Shown here: positions 18,727-27,472 of the stretch, piece by piece | How the letters are laid out: the number at the start of each line of letters is the position of its first letter | How positions within the stretch are numbered: position 1 is the stretch's first letter | Assembly: GCA_046761065.1 (NCBI GenBank) | Contig: JBHIFL010000054.1 | Span: 1 to 27,975 of the forward strand | DNA length: 27,975 nt | Reading direction: 5' to 3' | From: Candidatus Heimdallarchaeota archaeon | GTDB taxonomy: Archaea > Asgardarchaeota > Wukongarchaeia > Wukongarchaeales > JBHIFL01 | Notes under the pieces: model-generated | Database searches by the model: none | Seen by the model: the letters and a program-made list of their open reading frames with translations, nothing else | What the model was told of the DNA's origin: nothing | Made by a program: the position numbers and the translations under genes

Positions 18727-18735
18727 CACCAATGA
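18727..18735 (+). repeat. Right target-site duplication CACCAATGA
   Basis: Identical to 17185-17193. Confidence 0.95.
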
Positions 18736-18879
18736 AGAAAACTAACATTATTAAGAATTCTTAATGTGCTCAGCGCTTGTGTCTTGGAAGCCACAAGTAA
18801 TATTTTTATAGACATGTTAAGTATCAACTGCAAGTCTATATGAATATATGGTAGACTCTTGAAAAATGGAGGAAACAAA

Positions 18880-20217
18880 ATGGAAAAACAGAAAGTAAAG
18901 TGGACAGGTGTTGCCTTAATTCTTCTGATGGTCGCAGTAACGTTCTCAGGTTGCGTTGGTCAAGAAGAAGCAGGAAAAGAAACAGTAACAACTACCAAAT
19001 TTGAAACAGTGACTACAACAGAAGTCAAATTAGAAACAAAACTGCCAGAGGTCATCAAGATTGGTATCGTTCTACCACTAACAGGAACCTTGGGCTGGCT
19101 AGGTCCCGATATGGTACGAGGTGCCCAAATTGCGGCGCATGAAATCAATCGCAATGGGGGCATCATGGGCAGTAAGATTGAATTAATTGTTGAGGACTCA
19201 GAAACAACCCCTGAAGGATCGGTAGAATCCGCATCAAAATTAGTTGATATCGACAAAGTTCAAGGAATCATAGGTGCTGCCGGCAGTAGCAACACGTTGG
19301 CAATCGCACGAGGCGTGACTATTGATGCAAACGTAATACTAATCTCCCCCGCCTCCACGTCCCCAGAGATTACGACGGTTGATGACGACGACACACTGTG
19401 GAGGACGGCTGGCCCTGACACTTGGCAGGGTAGAGCAATGGCGGATCTAGCAGATTACATGGGTTGGACAACGGCAGGCATGATGACTGTCGATAACAGC
19501 TATGGGATCGGATTGGCAAATGCTTTCGACGACGCTTGGGATGGAACCATCTTAAGACGAGTCGAGTACGATCCAGAAGTTCTCGCGTGGGAAGCAGAGT
19601 TGGCTTTGATAGCTGCCGATGAACCTGATTTCTTCTGGCTCTGTTGCTACGCAGAGGATGGCGCAGAAATGATGCGAGAGCTGAAAGAACTAGCTATTGA
19701 TCTTCCTGTGATGTCGGCAGATGGACTTGGAGATATCAACGTTGTGGCTGATGATGATGTTGCTAGCCGGATATCAAGTCCTGCCACCATTGGGACTCAA
19801 CCTTATACCCCTGAAAGCCCCGGAGGGGTTCATTTCAGGGAGCTCTGGGATGAAGCGCATGCTTCCGAGGCAGCAATCGAGGAATGGGGGTTATATGAAG
19901 GTGCAGCGGTTGGAGATCCTGTTGGTATCTATGCTCCGGAGTCTTATGATGCCTTAAACCTGCTTACAATGGCTATTTCCTTCGCTGGGGAATATACCGC
20001 TGATGCAATGAAGGCATGGCTGCGCTATGTGTCGACAATATACAAACCAGCCTCAGGAGACAAGACCTTTGACGAGTATGGGGATGTTGCCCAAGACTAC
20101 AACGTATATATGTTCACGGGTGCAACTGTAGCTACAGCTGCGCTGAATGTCATTGGGTCGTGGAATGCTATTACTGGTCTTTCCATTGTGACAAAACCCC
20201 CGCATGCTCCGCCGTAA
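18880..20217 (+). CDS. ABC transporter substrate-binding lipoprotein, LivJ/LivK (HAAT) family
   Basis: Lipobox-like FSG/C, Thr-rich linker, IKIGIVLPLTG, EINRNGGIMG, LISPASTSP and WRTAGPD. Start refined to ATG 18880, which follows GGAGG. Confidence 0.9.
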   Translation: MEKQKVKWTGVALILLMVAVTFSGCVGQEEAGKETVTTTKFETVTTTEVKLETKLPEVIKIGIVLPLTGTLGWLGPDMVRGAQIAAHEINRNGGIMGSKIELIVEDSETTPEGSVESASKLVDIDKVQGIIGAAGSSNTLAIARGVTIDANVILISPASTSPEITTVDDDDTLWRTAGPDTWQGRAMADLADYMGWTTAGMMTVDNSYGIGLANAFDDAWDGTILRRVEYDPEVLAWEAELALIAADEPDFFWLCCYAEDGAEMMRELKELAIDLPVMSADGLGDINVVADDDVASRISSPATIGTQPYTPESPGGVHFRELWDEAHASEAAIEEWGLYEGAAVGDPVGIYAPESYDALNLLTMAISFAGEYTADAMKAWLRYVSTIYKPASGDKTFDEYGDVAQDYNVYMFTGATVATAALNVIGSWNAITGLSIVTKPPHAPP

Positions 20218-20320
20218 CTCAACGTATCTTGGTACTTAATCTTTAACTGGCAATATACCCATAACTGGAATGTTTTAGAAACTGAGGATGAATAAAAGAG
20301 GAAAAGCCTATATCCCCCAT

Positions 20321-20336
20321 CTCTTCTCTTTTTTTT
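20321..20336 (+). terminator. Possible archaeal oligo-T terminator after the SBP gene
   Basis: Pyrimidine tract ending in T8 about 110 nt after the stop codon, in the convergent intergenic region. Confidence 0.35.
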
Positions 20337-20621
20337 GATAAATAATGTCATAATTTATCCAGAGAGTAATAGAACCTTATACGAAGTCATATTCTGCCAT
20401 GTCTTAGACTTAAGACAGTAATAAATGCCATTAGGAGAGCGAACTCGAACAACATGGCTTATATCTTTTAATTAATGGAAAAAATACTTGAAAATTCCAT
20501 GTAAAATCATATAAATGGGTTTAAATCCACAGGACACATTTTAAAACTACTTCTTAGTGTACTTGGGAGAACATCGATTTTCTTTCAAAAATCTTTCAGG
20601 ATAAAATTCATTAAAACTATA

Positions 20622-21371
20622 CTATAGACCCTTTTCTGCTTCAGACTCGGTCTCACCACCCAGAAATAACTGACCAATCTCCTCGCTTAGCAGGTCTTTG
20701 CCGCTCCCTTCATGAATTTTTTTACCCATTACTAATACATAACCCCGGTCTGAGATAGCTAATGATTTCCTTGCATTTTGTTCCACTACAAGGAGCGTTT
20801 TTCCTGTGTCTCGGATGTCCACGAGTTTCGCCAGAATAGTATCGACGAGGGCTGGAGCTACACTCGCGGATGGTTCATCCAAAATAAGCAAGCGTGGACG
20901 GCCCATGAGTGCCCGGGAAATAGCAAGCATCTGAGCCTCTCCCCCACTTAGATTGCCTGCTTTTACTTTCTTCCGCTCTTTTAGGATCGGGAACATTTCG
21001 TAGAGTTCTTTCATGTCCTCATGGACCTCCGGATCGGCTGTCCGAGTGTAAGCTCCCATTTCTAGGTTTTCTTGAACGGTGAGAGTTCGAAAGATGTTTC
21101 CAAGTTGTGGCACATAACCAATGCCCTTTGTCATGACCTCGTCAGGTCTCAACCCAGCGATATTCCAGCTCTGAAAGGTGATTTGCCCCTCCATCGGCCT
21201 TATAATCCCAAAAATGGTCTTCAGAAGGGTACTTTTTCCACTCCCATTGGGACCTATGATCGTTACGATCTCGCCGTGGTCGATGTGGATTGTAACCCCT
21301 CGTATGATTATAACCGGGCCATAACCAGAAACAACATTTTTAACATTTAAAAGGTGGCCATTTTCCTTCAT
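20622..21371 (-). CDS. livF: Branched-chain amino acid-type ABC transporter ATP-binding protein
   Basis: Walker A GPNGSGKS, GYVPQ, LSGGE signature, Walker B LLILDEP, and VEQNA. Confidence 0.92.
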   Translation of the reverse strand: MKENGHLLNVKNVVSGYGPVIIIRGVTIHIDHGEIVTIIGPNGSGKSTLLKTIFGIIRPMEGQITFQSWNIAGLRPDEVMTKGIGYVPQLGNIFRTLTVQENLEMGAYTRTADPEVHEDMKELYEMFPILKERKKVKAGNLSGGEAQMLAISRALMGRPRLLILDEPSASVAPALVDTILAKLVDIRDTGKTLLVVEQNARKSLAISDRGYVLVMGKKIHEGSGKDLLSEEIGQLFLGGETESEAEKGL

Positions 21372-21411
21372 ATATTCACCTCACGGCTCACCAACAAGTG
21401 TTGGGATCATA

Positions 21412-22224
21412 TTATCTACCTAAATAAGCTTCGATCACCTTTTTATCTTGCTGGATCTCTTCAGGAGCGCCCTCAGCAACAACCTCACCATAATCCATGA
21501 CGTAAACGTGCTCGCAGTAACGAAAAAGAACACCTACGTTGTGTTCTATGATAAAAAAGGTTTGTTTTTTCTCCTTTTTCAATTCAAGGGTTCGTTCAAA
21601 AATTTTTTGAGCGAGTATAGGATTCACACCTGCTATTGGTTCATCGAGTAAAACCAAACTAGGGTCAGACATAAGCGCTCGACCTAAGATGAGCAATTTC
21701 TGTTGCCCTCCTGACAAATTAGCTGCATACTCGTTCCATAGATGGTCTATCTCGAGAAAATCAAGCAACTGAAATGCTTTATGGGCATGTTCTTTTTCTT
21801 CCCGTGTCCAGCCTTCTACACTTTCTGGTTTCTTGATAAGAGAGGTCAGGAGTCGTGGGATGCCGATTAAAAACTGAGTTGTGCGTCGAAACAACGTTTC
21901 TCCTGTCTGTTCTAAAGGGCTGCTTAACATGTTTTCCAGAACTGTCATGTGCGGGAAGATTCGAATGGTCTGAAAGGTTCGATTCAACCCTTTCCGAGCA
22001 ACCACATTGGGGGACAATCCTGTAATGCGTTCTCCATTAAAAAACACTTCACCTTTATCCAACTCATAAAAACCTGTTGCACAATTAAACAACGTTGTTT
22101 TCCCTGACCCATTCGGTCCAATTAAGCCTGTAATTGATCCTTTCGCTACCTTCAAAGAGGCACTATTTAGGGCTTTCAGTCCTCCAAAGCTTTTATGGAG
22201 ATCCTCTACCTCCAATATCGCCAT
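21412..22224 (-). CDS. livG: Branched-chain amino acid-type ABC transporter ATP-binding protein
   Basis: KSFGGLKAL, GPNGSGKT, RTFQ, LSGGQ, LLDEP, IIEH and C-terminal VIEAYLG. Confidence 0.92.
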   Translation of the reverse strand: MAILEVEDLHKSFGGLKALNSASLKVAKGSITGLIGPNGSGKTTLFNCATGFYELDKGEVFFNGERITGLSPNVVARKGLNRTFQTIRIFPHMTVLENMLSSPLEQTGETLFRRTTQFLIGIPRLLTSLIKKPESVEGWTREEKEHAHKAFQLLDFLEIDHLWNEYAANLSGGQQKLLILGRALMSDPSLVLLDEPIAGVNPILAQKIFERTLELKKEKKQTFFIIEHNVGVLFRYCEHVYVMDYGEVVAEGAPEEIQQDKKVIEAYLGR

Positions 22225-22246
22225 GAAATCATCTCAAATCCACAAT

Positions 22247-24562
22247 CTAACTTTGTTCTGCTTTTTTTCTCTCCAGAGCTAATCCTATCTCCGTTGCTAC
22301 AGTTTGGATCGGTTCTTCTTTGAAGATACCCTCCCGGCGATACATTATAAAGATTACTAAGAGCAACCCAATCACAATGAACCGGAAATTTTCTGCAGAG
22401 AATCCAAATAAGGCATAGTTGGGCAATTTAAATCGAGTGAACCGGCGAAAATATTGGACTAAGATCGCCCCAAAAATCACTCCCCGATTATTCCCTGTCC
22501 CTCCAATAACCATCATAATCCAGATAGAAAACGTCACAAGAGGTAGAAAGTTACTTTCCGCAACAAATGTGACGTAACCTGCAAAAAGACTACCTGCGAG
22601 GCCGCCCATCCCTGATCCAATGATGAATGCTTTGGTCTTAAATTGATAAATATCTTTACCTAATGCTTCCGCTGCGACCTCATCTTCTCTAACTGACCGC
22701 AATACACGTCCGAACGGAGAGTTCAAGATCCGTTGAGAGAATAAATAACATATTAGGAGGCATAAATAGATTAAGGGGAAATAAAAGAGAATCCGATAAT
22801 ATAGTGTCCCAAGATCACTCAAGCCTGCTGCTAAGTGTTCGATACACCAATCAAAGAACGATTCAAATGGGCGAGAGACATTCAAACCAAAGGTGCTGCC
22901 TAAAGTTGGACGGAGTTTGGGGTCGCGTAACACAAAGCGCAAAATTTCTCCAAACGTGATTGTGACGATGGCCAGATAATCTGCCCTCAATCTCAGGGTA
23001 GGGATGGAGATTAAAAACCCAAAGAAAGCTGCCAAAAGTATGGATAGTATTAAACAAATTATGAATGGAAATGCTAAACCCGGGTTCAAGCCCGGAGTGG
23101 GGTCTTTTGGGCGTGAGAGGATTGCTGTTGTATATGCACCTATGGCAAAGAAGGCTACTTTCCCGAAGTTCATGAGGCCCGTAGTTCCAGCTTCAATGTT
23201 CAGACTCAGCGCCAAAATCCCGAAAATTCCCATGTATATGGCGGAATCAACTGAGAACGAAACCACATCAGCATCAGGGGAAAGAATCCAAACCAATCGT
23301 AATAGAATAGCAATAGAGGCAAATAGGCTGAACCATGTGGCACGTTCTTTATTTAACTCAAGTAAGGACCCGAATTCAAATTTTGTAGCTAATCCTAGCA
23401 AAGCCATGCATGCTATTAGCACAATAACCCCAAATCTTCTTTCGAAGATCCCCACAGGAGTCTGGTAGGAGGAATCCAGACCAAAAGCGATGAGATTCAC
23501 AGTAAAAGTCACCAAGATTATTAGTCGCGCAAGACGAGGACTTCTAACGCCATATTTTTGAGTTTCCCAAGCTATTCGGAGAAGAACGAGGCCCATCAAT
23601 ATAGCCAGCGTGCCACCGATTATGGATGCGCCAGAATCACCCATATATCCTGCAATTGCGCTAGATAAGCCTACTAGAACTGATGAGAAACCACAAATGG
23701 TCTCCAGAACCTCTAACATAAGAATTCCCATCTTTTGGGACATTTGAAACTCTTCTTGAACTGCAGTTTGGAGCAAGTAATAAAGAGTGAAAAGGGATGA
23801 AGCCACAACTAGGGCTCCATCGGCCCATTGAAGCATTCCAAATGAGATATTTATCATTGCAAGTGTTACAGTTTTAACATAGGCCCCGTTTCTAAAGGCC
23901 CAAAGACCAAATGCTGTAACGATAGAAGCCGATCCTGCGAGTATACCTCCCAAAAATACACCAATTTGCACTAAAGGACGGCCTTCATGGCCTATTAAGA
24001 GTATATGGAGTCCAATAAACAGTAATGTGACCCCAGTAACGAGATGTGATATTGTTGCTATGCGTATACGGTGAACGGGGGTACTAGAGGGCATAAATAA
24101 ACGGATCATTGCGATATTGACTGCTAAACCAACGATACCGATAGGAAGATGAAGGGATCCTCTAGGCATTCCAAGAAGGCCAAAGCTTAAGTTGAAAGTT
24201 GCCAAGCAAAGAACTGTAGGGTACATCTGTGGTTTCAGATTCCAAAGGAACCAAACCACAAGTAGATTTATTATACTGAATAGCATTACGACAATTGAAG
24301 CCGTAAGGAGGAAAAGAGTGGGTTCCTGGATCAACAGAGATTGAAGTAATTCTAGGATCGTACCCAGGGAAATGCCTCCAAATAGATCCAAGAAGATGAG
24401 TATTATATTCATAGGAGGTGTTATTCCTTGGAATTCCCTTGAAGTCTCTGTAAGAATAGTGATGGCGGCTAGTAGGATTCCAAGGAAAGCCACTACTAGT
24501 TCTATGATCACAAAATAGATTATTACCTTAGATTTTTCATCAAGAAACCCCGGACGTTTCAC
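22247..24562 (-). CDS. livM: LivM-type ABC permease with a large N-terminal extra membrane domain (771 aa)
   Basis: The C-terminal ~340 aa contain GLMNFGKVAFFAIGAY, LRLRADYLAIVT, SPFGRVLRSVREDE and GGTGN. GTG start overlaps the livH stop. Confidence 0.88.
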   Translation of the reverse strand: MKRPGFLDEKSKVIIYFVIIELVVAFLGILLAAITILTETSREFQGITPPMNIILIFLDLFGGISLGTILELLQSLLIQEPTLFLLTASIVVMLFSIINLLVVWFLWNLKPQMYPTVLCLATFNLSFGLLGMPRGSLHLPIGIVGLAVNIAMIRLFMPSSTPVHRIRIATISHLVTGVTLLFIGLHILLIGHEGRPLVQIGVFLGGILAGSASIVTAFGLWAFRNGAYVKTVTLAMINISFGMLQWADGALVVASSLFTLYYLLQTAVQEEFQMSQKMGILMLEVLETICGFSSVLVGLSSAIAGYMGDSGASIIGGTLAILMGLVLLRIAWETQKYGVRSPRLARLIILVTFTVNLIAFGLDSSYQTPVGIFERRFGVIVLIACMALLGLATKFEFGSLLELNKERATWFSLFASIAILLRLVWILSPDADVVSFSVDSAIYMGIFGILALSLNIEAGTTGLMNFGKVAFFAIGAYTTAILSRPKDPTPGLNPGLAFPFIICLILSILLAAFFGFLISIPTLRLRADYLAIVTITFGEILRFVLRDPKLRPTLGSTFGLNVSRPFESFFDWCIEHLAAGLSDLGTLYYRILFYFPLIYLCLLICYLFSQRILNSPFGRVLRSVREDEVAAEALGKDIYQFKTKAFIIGSGMGGLAGSLFAGYVTFVAESNFLPLVTFSIWIMMVIGGTGNNRGVIFGAILVQYFRRFTRFKLPNYALFGFSAENFRFIVIGLLLVIFIMYRREGIFKEEPIQTVATEIGLALERKKAEQS

Positions 24563-25710
24563 TCTTCACCAACTCCTGGTTCTTTCAGGCCTAGAAGCCC
24601 AGTGGGATGGATAAGGAGAACGATAATTAGGACAATGAAAGCCATAGCTTGGCGGTACTCCGTAGAAACACCAACCATCCCAAGTAATATCACACCAATG
24701 CTCTCAGCAAAACCAATAATATACGCAGCTAGAATACAACCGTAAAATGATCCGATTCCTCCAAGAATCACTACTGCAAAAATTAGTAATAGCAATTGGA
24801 ACCCAAGAATTGGTGCAAGTCTGGTATCTGCGGCGCGTAGGCAGCCTCCAATAGCTGCTGCTCCAGCTCCTACGAACCATGTGACACGAATGATTCGTTC
24901 GGTATGAATCCCTGCCGCTTGAGCTAAAATGGGATTATCAGCGGTTGCTCGCATCGCTTTTCCAAGTGTTGTATGAGTTAACAGCAGATGCAAAATTATT
25001 ACCATTACAATGGCAGAAACAATAATAATCAGGTGGAGTAAGGTCATGCGAGCTCCAAGAATGAGAAAGGATTTATTTAATGAGTCAATATCTTGCCCAA
25101 AGATTGATAATTCAAAGCGCGGCATATTATAATAAATGGGTGCACTCCCATAGCGTTGCTGAATCACATGTCGGATTATATAGCCGACTCCGATGGAAGC
25201 AATCATTAAAGACATCGATTCTGCTTCTTTTTTCCTAAGATGTTTATAAACCGCAGTATCACAACCTATACCGAGGAGTCCCCCGAGAAAAAAAGCCAAA
25301 ATCACACCTAGCAGAAGTGATATGCCGGGAGAGAGCCCTCCCCAATCAACATTCAGAATATATGCAGCATAAGCACCAAAGGTGATCAATTCAGCATGAG
25401 CAAAATTAGCAAACTTAAGGATCCGATAAGTCATCGTAAGACCGACACCAGCAAGAGCATATACACTCCCATGAACGAGGGAAATTTCAATGATTTGGAC
25501 AGGATATTCTCGTAGGAAGTGTATACCTTCAATAATCTGGCCAAGAACGTCTCGAAACACCATATCATCAAGATAGAGGCTTCGAATTATTCCTCCCAAG
25601 ACGATCGCAACTACGAATGGTAATACAAGTACTATAAGGAGAGGTAACCAAATGATAATAACGATACGATAGCTTCTGGACTTTTCTTTCTCAATAGAAG
25701 CATCTGCCAT
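24559..25710 (-). CDS. livH: LivH-type ABC permease
   Basis: YALAGVGLTMTY, NFAHAE, GKAMRATADN...AQAAGI, ILGGIGS and PTGLLG. Confidence 0.92.
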   Translation of the reverse strand: MADASIEKEKSRSYRIVIIIWLPLLIVLVLPFVVAIVLGGIIRSLYLDDMVFRDVLGQIIEGIHFLREYPVQIIEISLVHGSVYALAGVGLTMTYRILKFANFAHAELITFGAYAAYILNVDWGGLSPGISLLLGVILAFFLGGLLGIGCDTAVYKHLRKKEAESMSLMIASIGVGYIIRHVIQQRYGSAPIYYNMPRFELSIFGQDIDSLNKSFLILGARMTLLHLIIIVSAIVMVIILHLLLTHTTLGKAMRATADNPILAQAAGIHTERIIRVTWFVGAGAAAIGGCLRAADTRLAPILGFQLLLLIFAVVILGGIGSFYGCILAAYIIGFAESIGVILLGMVGVSTEYRQAMAFIVLIIVLLIHPTGLLGLKEPGVGEE

Positions 25711-26365
25711 TGAGTTTCACTCCATAAGGCAAAGTAGAATCAGCAAGAATCCCATGACTTCTTTTTATGTGGGTGTGCTCTTTGAGCGTTGCATTCTCAT
25801 TATATATCCTTTTTGGAGGAAACCGGATAAATAAAATTAAGGTAGTTGTGTTTTATGACACAGTTAAAGTTATATTGTGTTGTTTGTTCGATGGTGGGAT
25901 GTATCGTTTGGCATTTTCAGTCCTCTATGTTTTAATTAAAGAAATTACTAAATTAATTTTAAGAAAAACGGTTTATTAATATAGAATAATATTATTCAAG
26001 AACGTTTTTCCTTCAACGACATTCTTTACCTAGGAAAGGATATGCACATCCCATCAAAAATGGGAAATATGAGTTTTTCAAAACAGATCAATTATTAAAG
26101 CCGTTTATCCCTTCTATAGACGTCCTGCACCTAGAAAAGGATTTAATCATAATAATCCACTCGTCACAATGGTTTTTATGAGTTGTGTAAGTACAGTATG
26201 AACATTCTTTTAAAGACGCAAATAGTTTCTGGCAAAGTTGACGTGCTTCTGATGTGTTTTGGGGCATAGTTGTAGGATAGATTCCAAAGTACCTGTTATA
26301 TCTATATGGAAGAAGACATAATTTCTAGGAATGAGGAATGCAAAAGTAGTTGATGGCGAAAATTT

Positions 26366-26611
26366 TTGAAAATAAGAGTAGAAGTAAGAAAAGTGGATTC
26401 TCAAGGAAGATTCGTTCTACCCGCAGATTGGTGAGAATCGAAGCTCAAAGAAAGTAAAGAGGTTTACATCATAAAAAGACGGGGGTACTTAAAGATCATC
26501 CCCAAACGGAAAGCAGACTTGACCCGAGCTTTTGACAAAGTGGATCTGGGAGTCAAGGCGGTGCAAGAATGGAGGGAATTTGAGAAAAGTTTCTTCAGGA
26601 GAAGAGTATGA
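26366..26611 (+). pseudogene. AbrB/MazE-type (VapB) antitoxin with internal nonsense codon
   Basis: Not in the ORF track. Reads LKIRVEVRKVDSQGRFVLPADW*ESKLKESKEVYIIKRRGYLKIIPKRKADLTRAFDKVDLG...; in-frame TGA at 26432-26434 where the family usually has Arg. Stop overlaps the vapC ATG (ATGA). Start uncertain. Confidence 0.8.
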
Positions 26612-27032
26612 AGTTCTTGGATGCCAATGTCTTTATTTATGCCTACTACAAACTGAAGAGGGAGCTTAACGAATAAGAGAGAAGAATGAAGGAATTGGCA
26701 AAAGAAAGCATTCCCACGATCAATAATAGCGAAGAAGAGGTGACCACGACTGTTGTTCATCTATCTGAAATAGTCAACATTTCAAAACACAGAATGCCTC
26801 TCAGAGATCTTTTCACGGTTCTCCTAAATCTTTTCATGTTGGAGAATGTTAAAATAGTCGGAGTTACCCAGGAAGAATATTTTGCAGCCACAGAACTAGG
26901 ATCAGAGATGGATTTGGATCCAAATGACGCTCTTGCTGTTCAAGTTATGGATGAAACAGGAATTGACAGTATCTACTCATTTGATCAAAATTTTGATAAT
27001 ATAAAGGGAGTATAACCCGCTTACCTAAATAA
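26608..27032 (+). pseudogene. VapC/PIN-domain toxin pseudogene
   Basis: Reads MKFLDANVFIYAYYKLKRELNE*ERRMKELAKE...HLSE...DPNDAL...IYSFDQNFDNIKG. In-frame TAA at 26674-26676, plus a probable frameshift near 27010 (ITRLPK* in another frame). The 26686-27015 ORF is the remnant and lacks the first catalytic Asp. Confidence 0.85.
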
Positions 27033-27241
27033 TAGCAATATAATGTTTTCAAAAATAGGTAAAGATTATTCAAGCCCTTAAAATCCTTCTATCGGTGTTC
27101 TACACCTAGGATAGCATTACGCATCAGGATCCATTCATTCCAGTAATTTTTTTTATTTTAAAGTTTCTCAGAGTTTCACTTCAGCAACCGTTACAAGTTT
27201 TTTCCTTTATATTCCTCTAAAAAAGCTAAAGAAAGTGAAAA

Positions 27242-27472
27242 TCATATGGGCTGCCATAAGGAAGCTTTACTGTACTGCATACAACTCATGCACAAGAGTT
27301 CTGGATCACGAAGCGCTTTAATGGGCTCTTTGCTGTTCCCGCACAAACAATTATGGTTGAATTTACCATCAATGTAATATGGTACCTTTTCATTGGAACA
27401 GACCCAACAGGTCCAAGCTTTCTCGTCAACCGCTTCACAAACAGGGCATTTAAGATTCCATTGCATACTCAT
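27242..27472 (-). CDS. Small Cys-rich (putative double zinc-ribbon) protein
   Basis: Eight Cys arranged CPVC, CWVC, CLC, CMSC in 76 aa. Isolated ORF with a purine-rich upstream tract. Confidence 0.7.
   Translation of the reverse strand: MSMQWNLKCPVCEAVDEKAWTCWVCSNEKVPYYIDGKFNHNCLCGNSKEPIKALRDPELLCMSCMQYSKASLWQPI

Noticed and set aside
1138-23468. Numerous short antisense or overlapping ORFs in the track (e.g. 1138-1407, 9140-9376, 12348-12650, 16139-16534, 23004-23468)
   Set aside because: They are shadows of well-supported genes on the opposite strand or frame, with no recognisable motifs.
25767-26404. ORFs 25767-25979 (+) and 26210-26404 (-)
   Set aside because: Low-complexity translations of AT-rich intergenic DNA with no SD or motif. 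The second overlaps the vapB remnant.
26432-26676. Stop-codon recoding (Sec or alternative code) in vapBC
   Set aside because: The two internal stops differ (TGA and TAA), the TGA falls at an Arg rather than a Cys position, and all three stops terminate normal genes elsewhere in the window.
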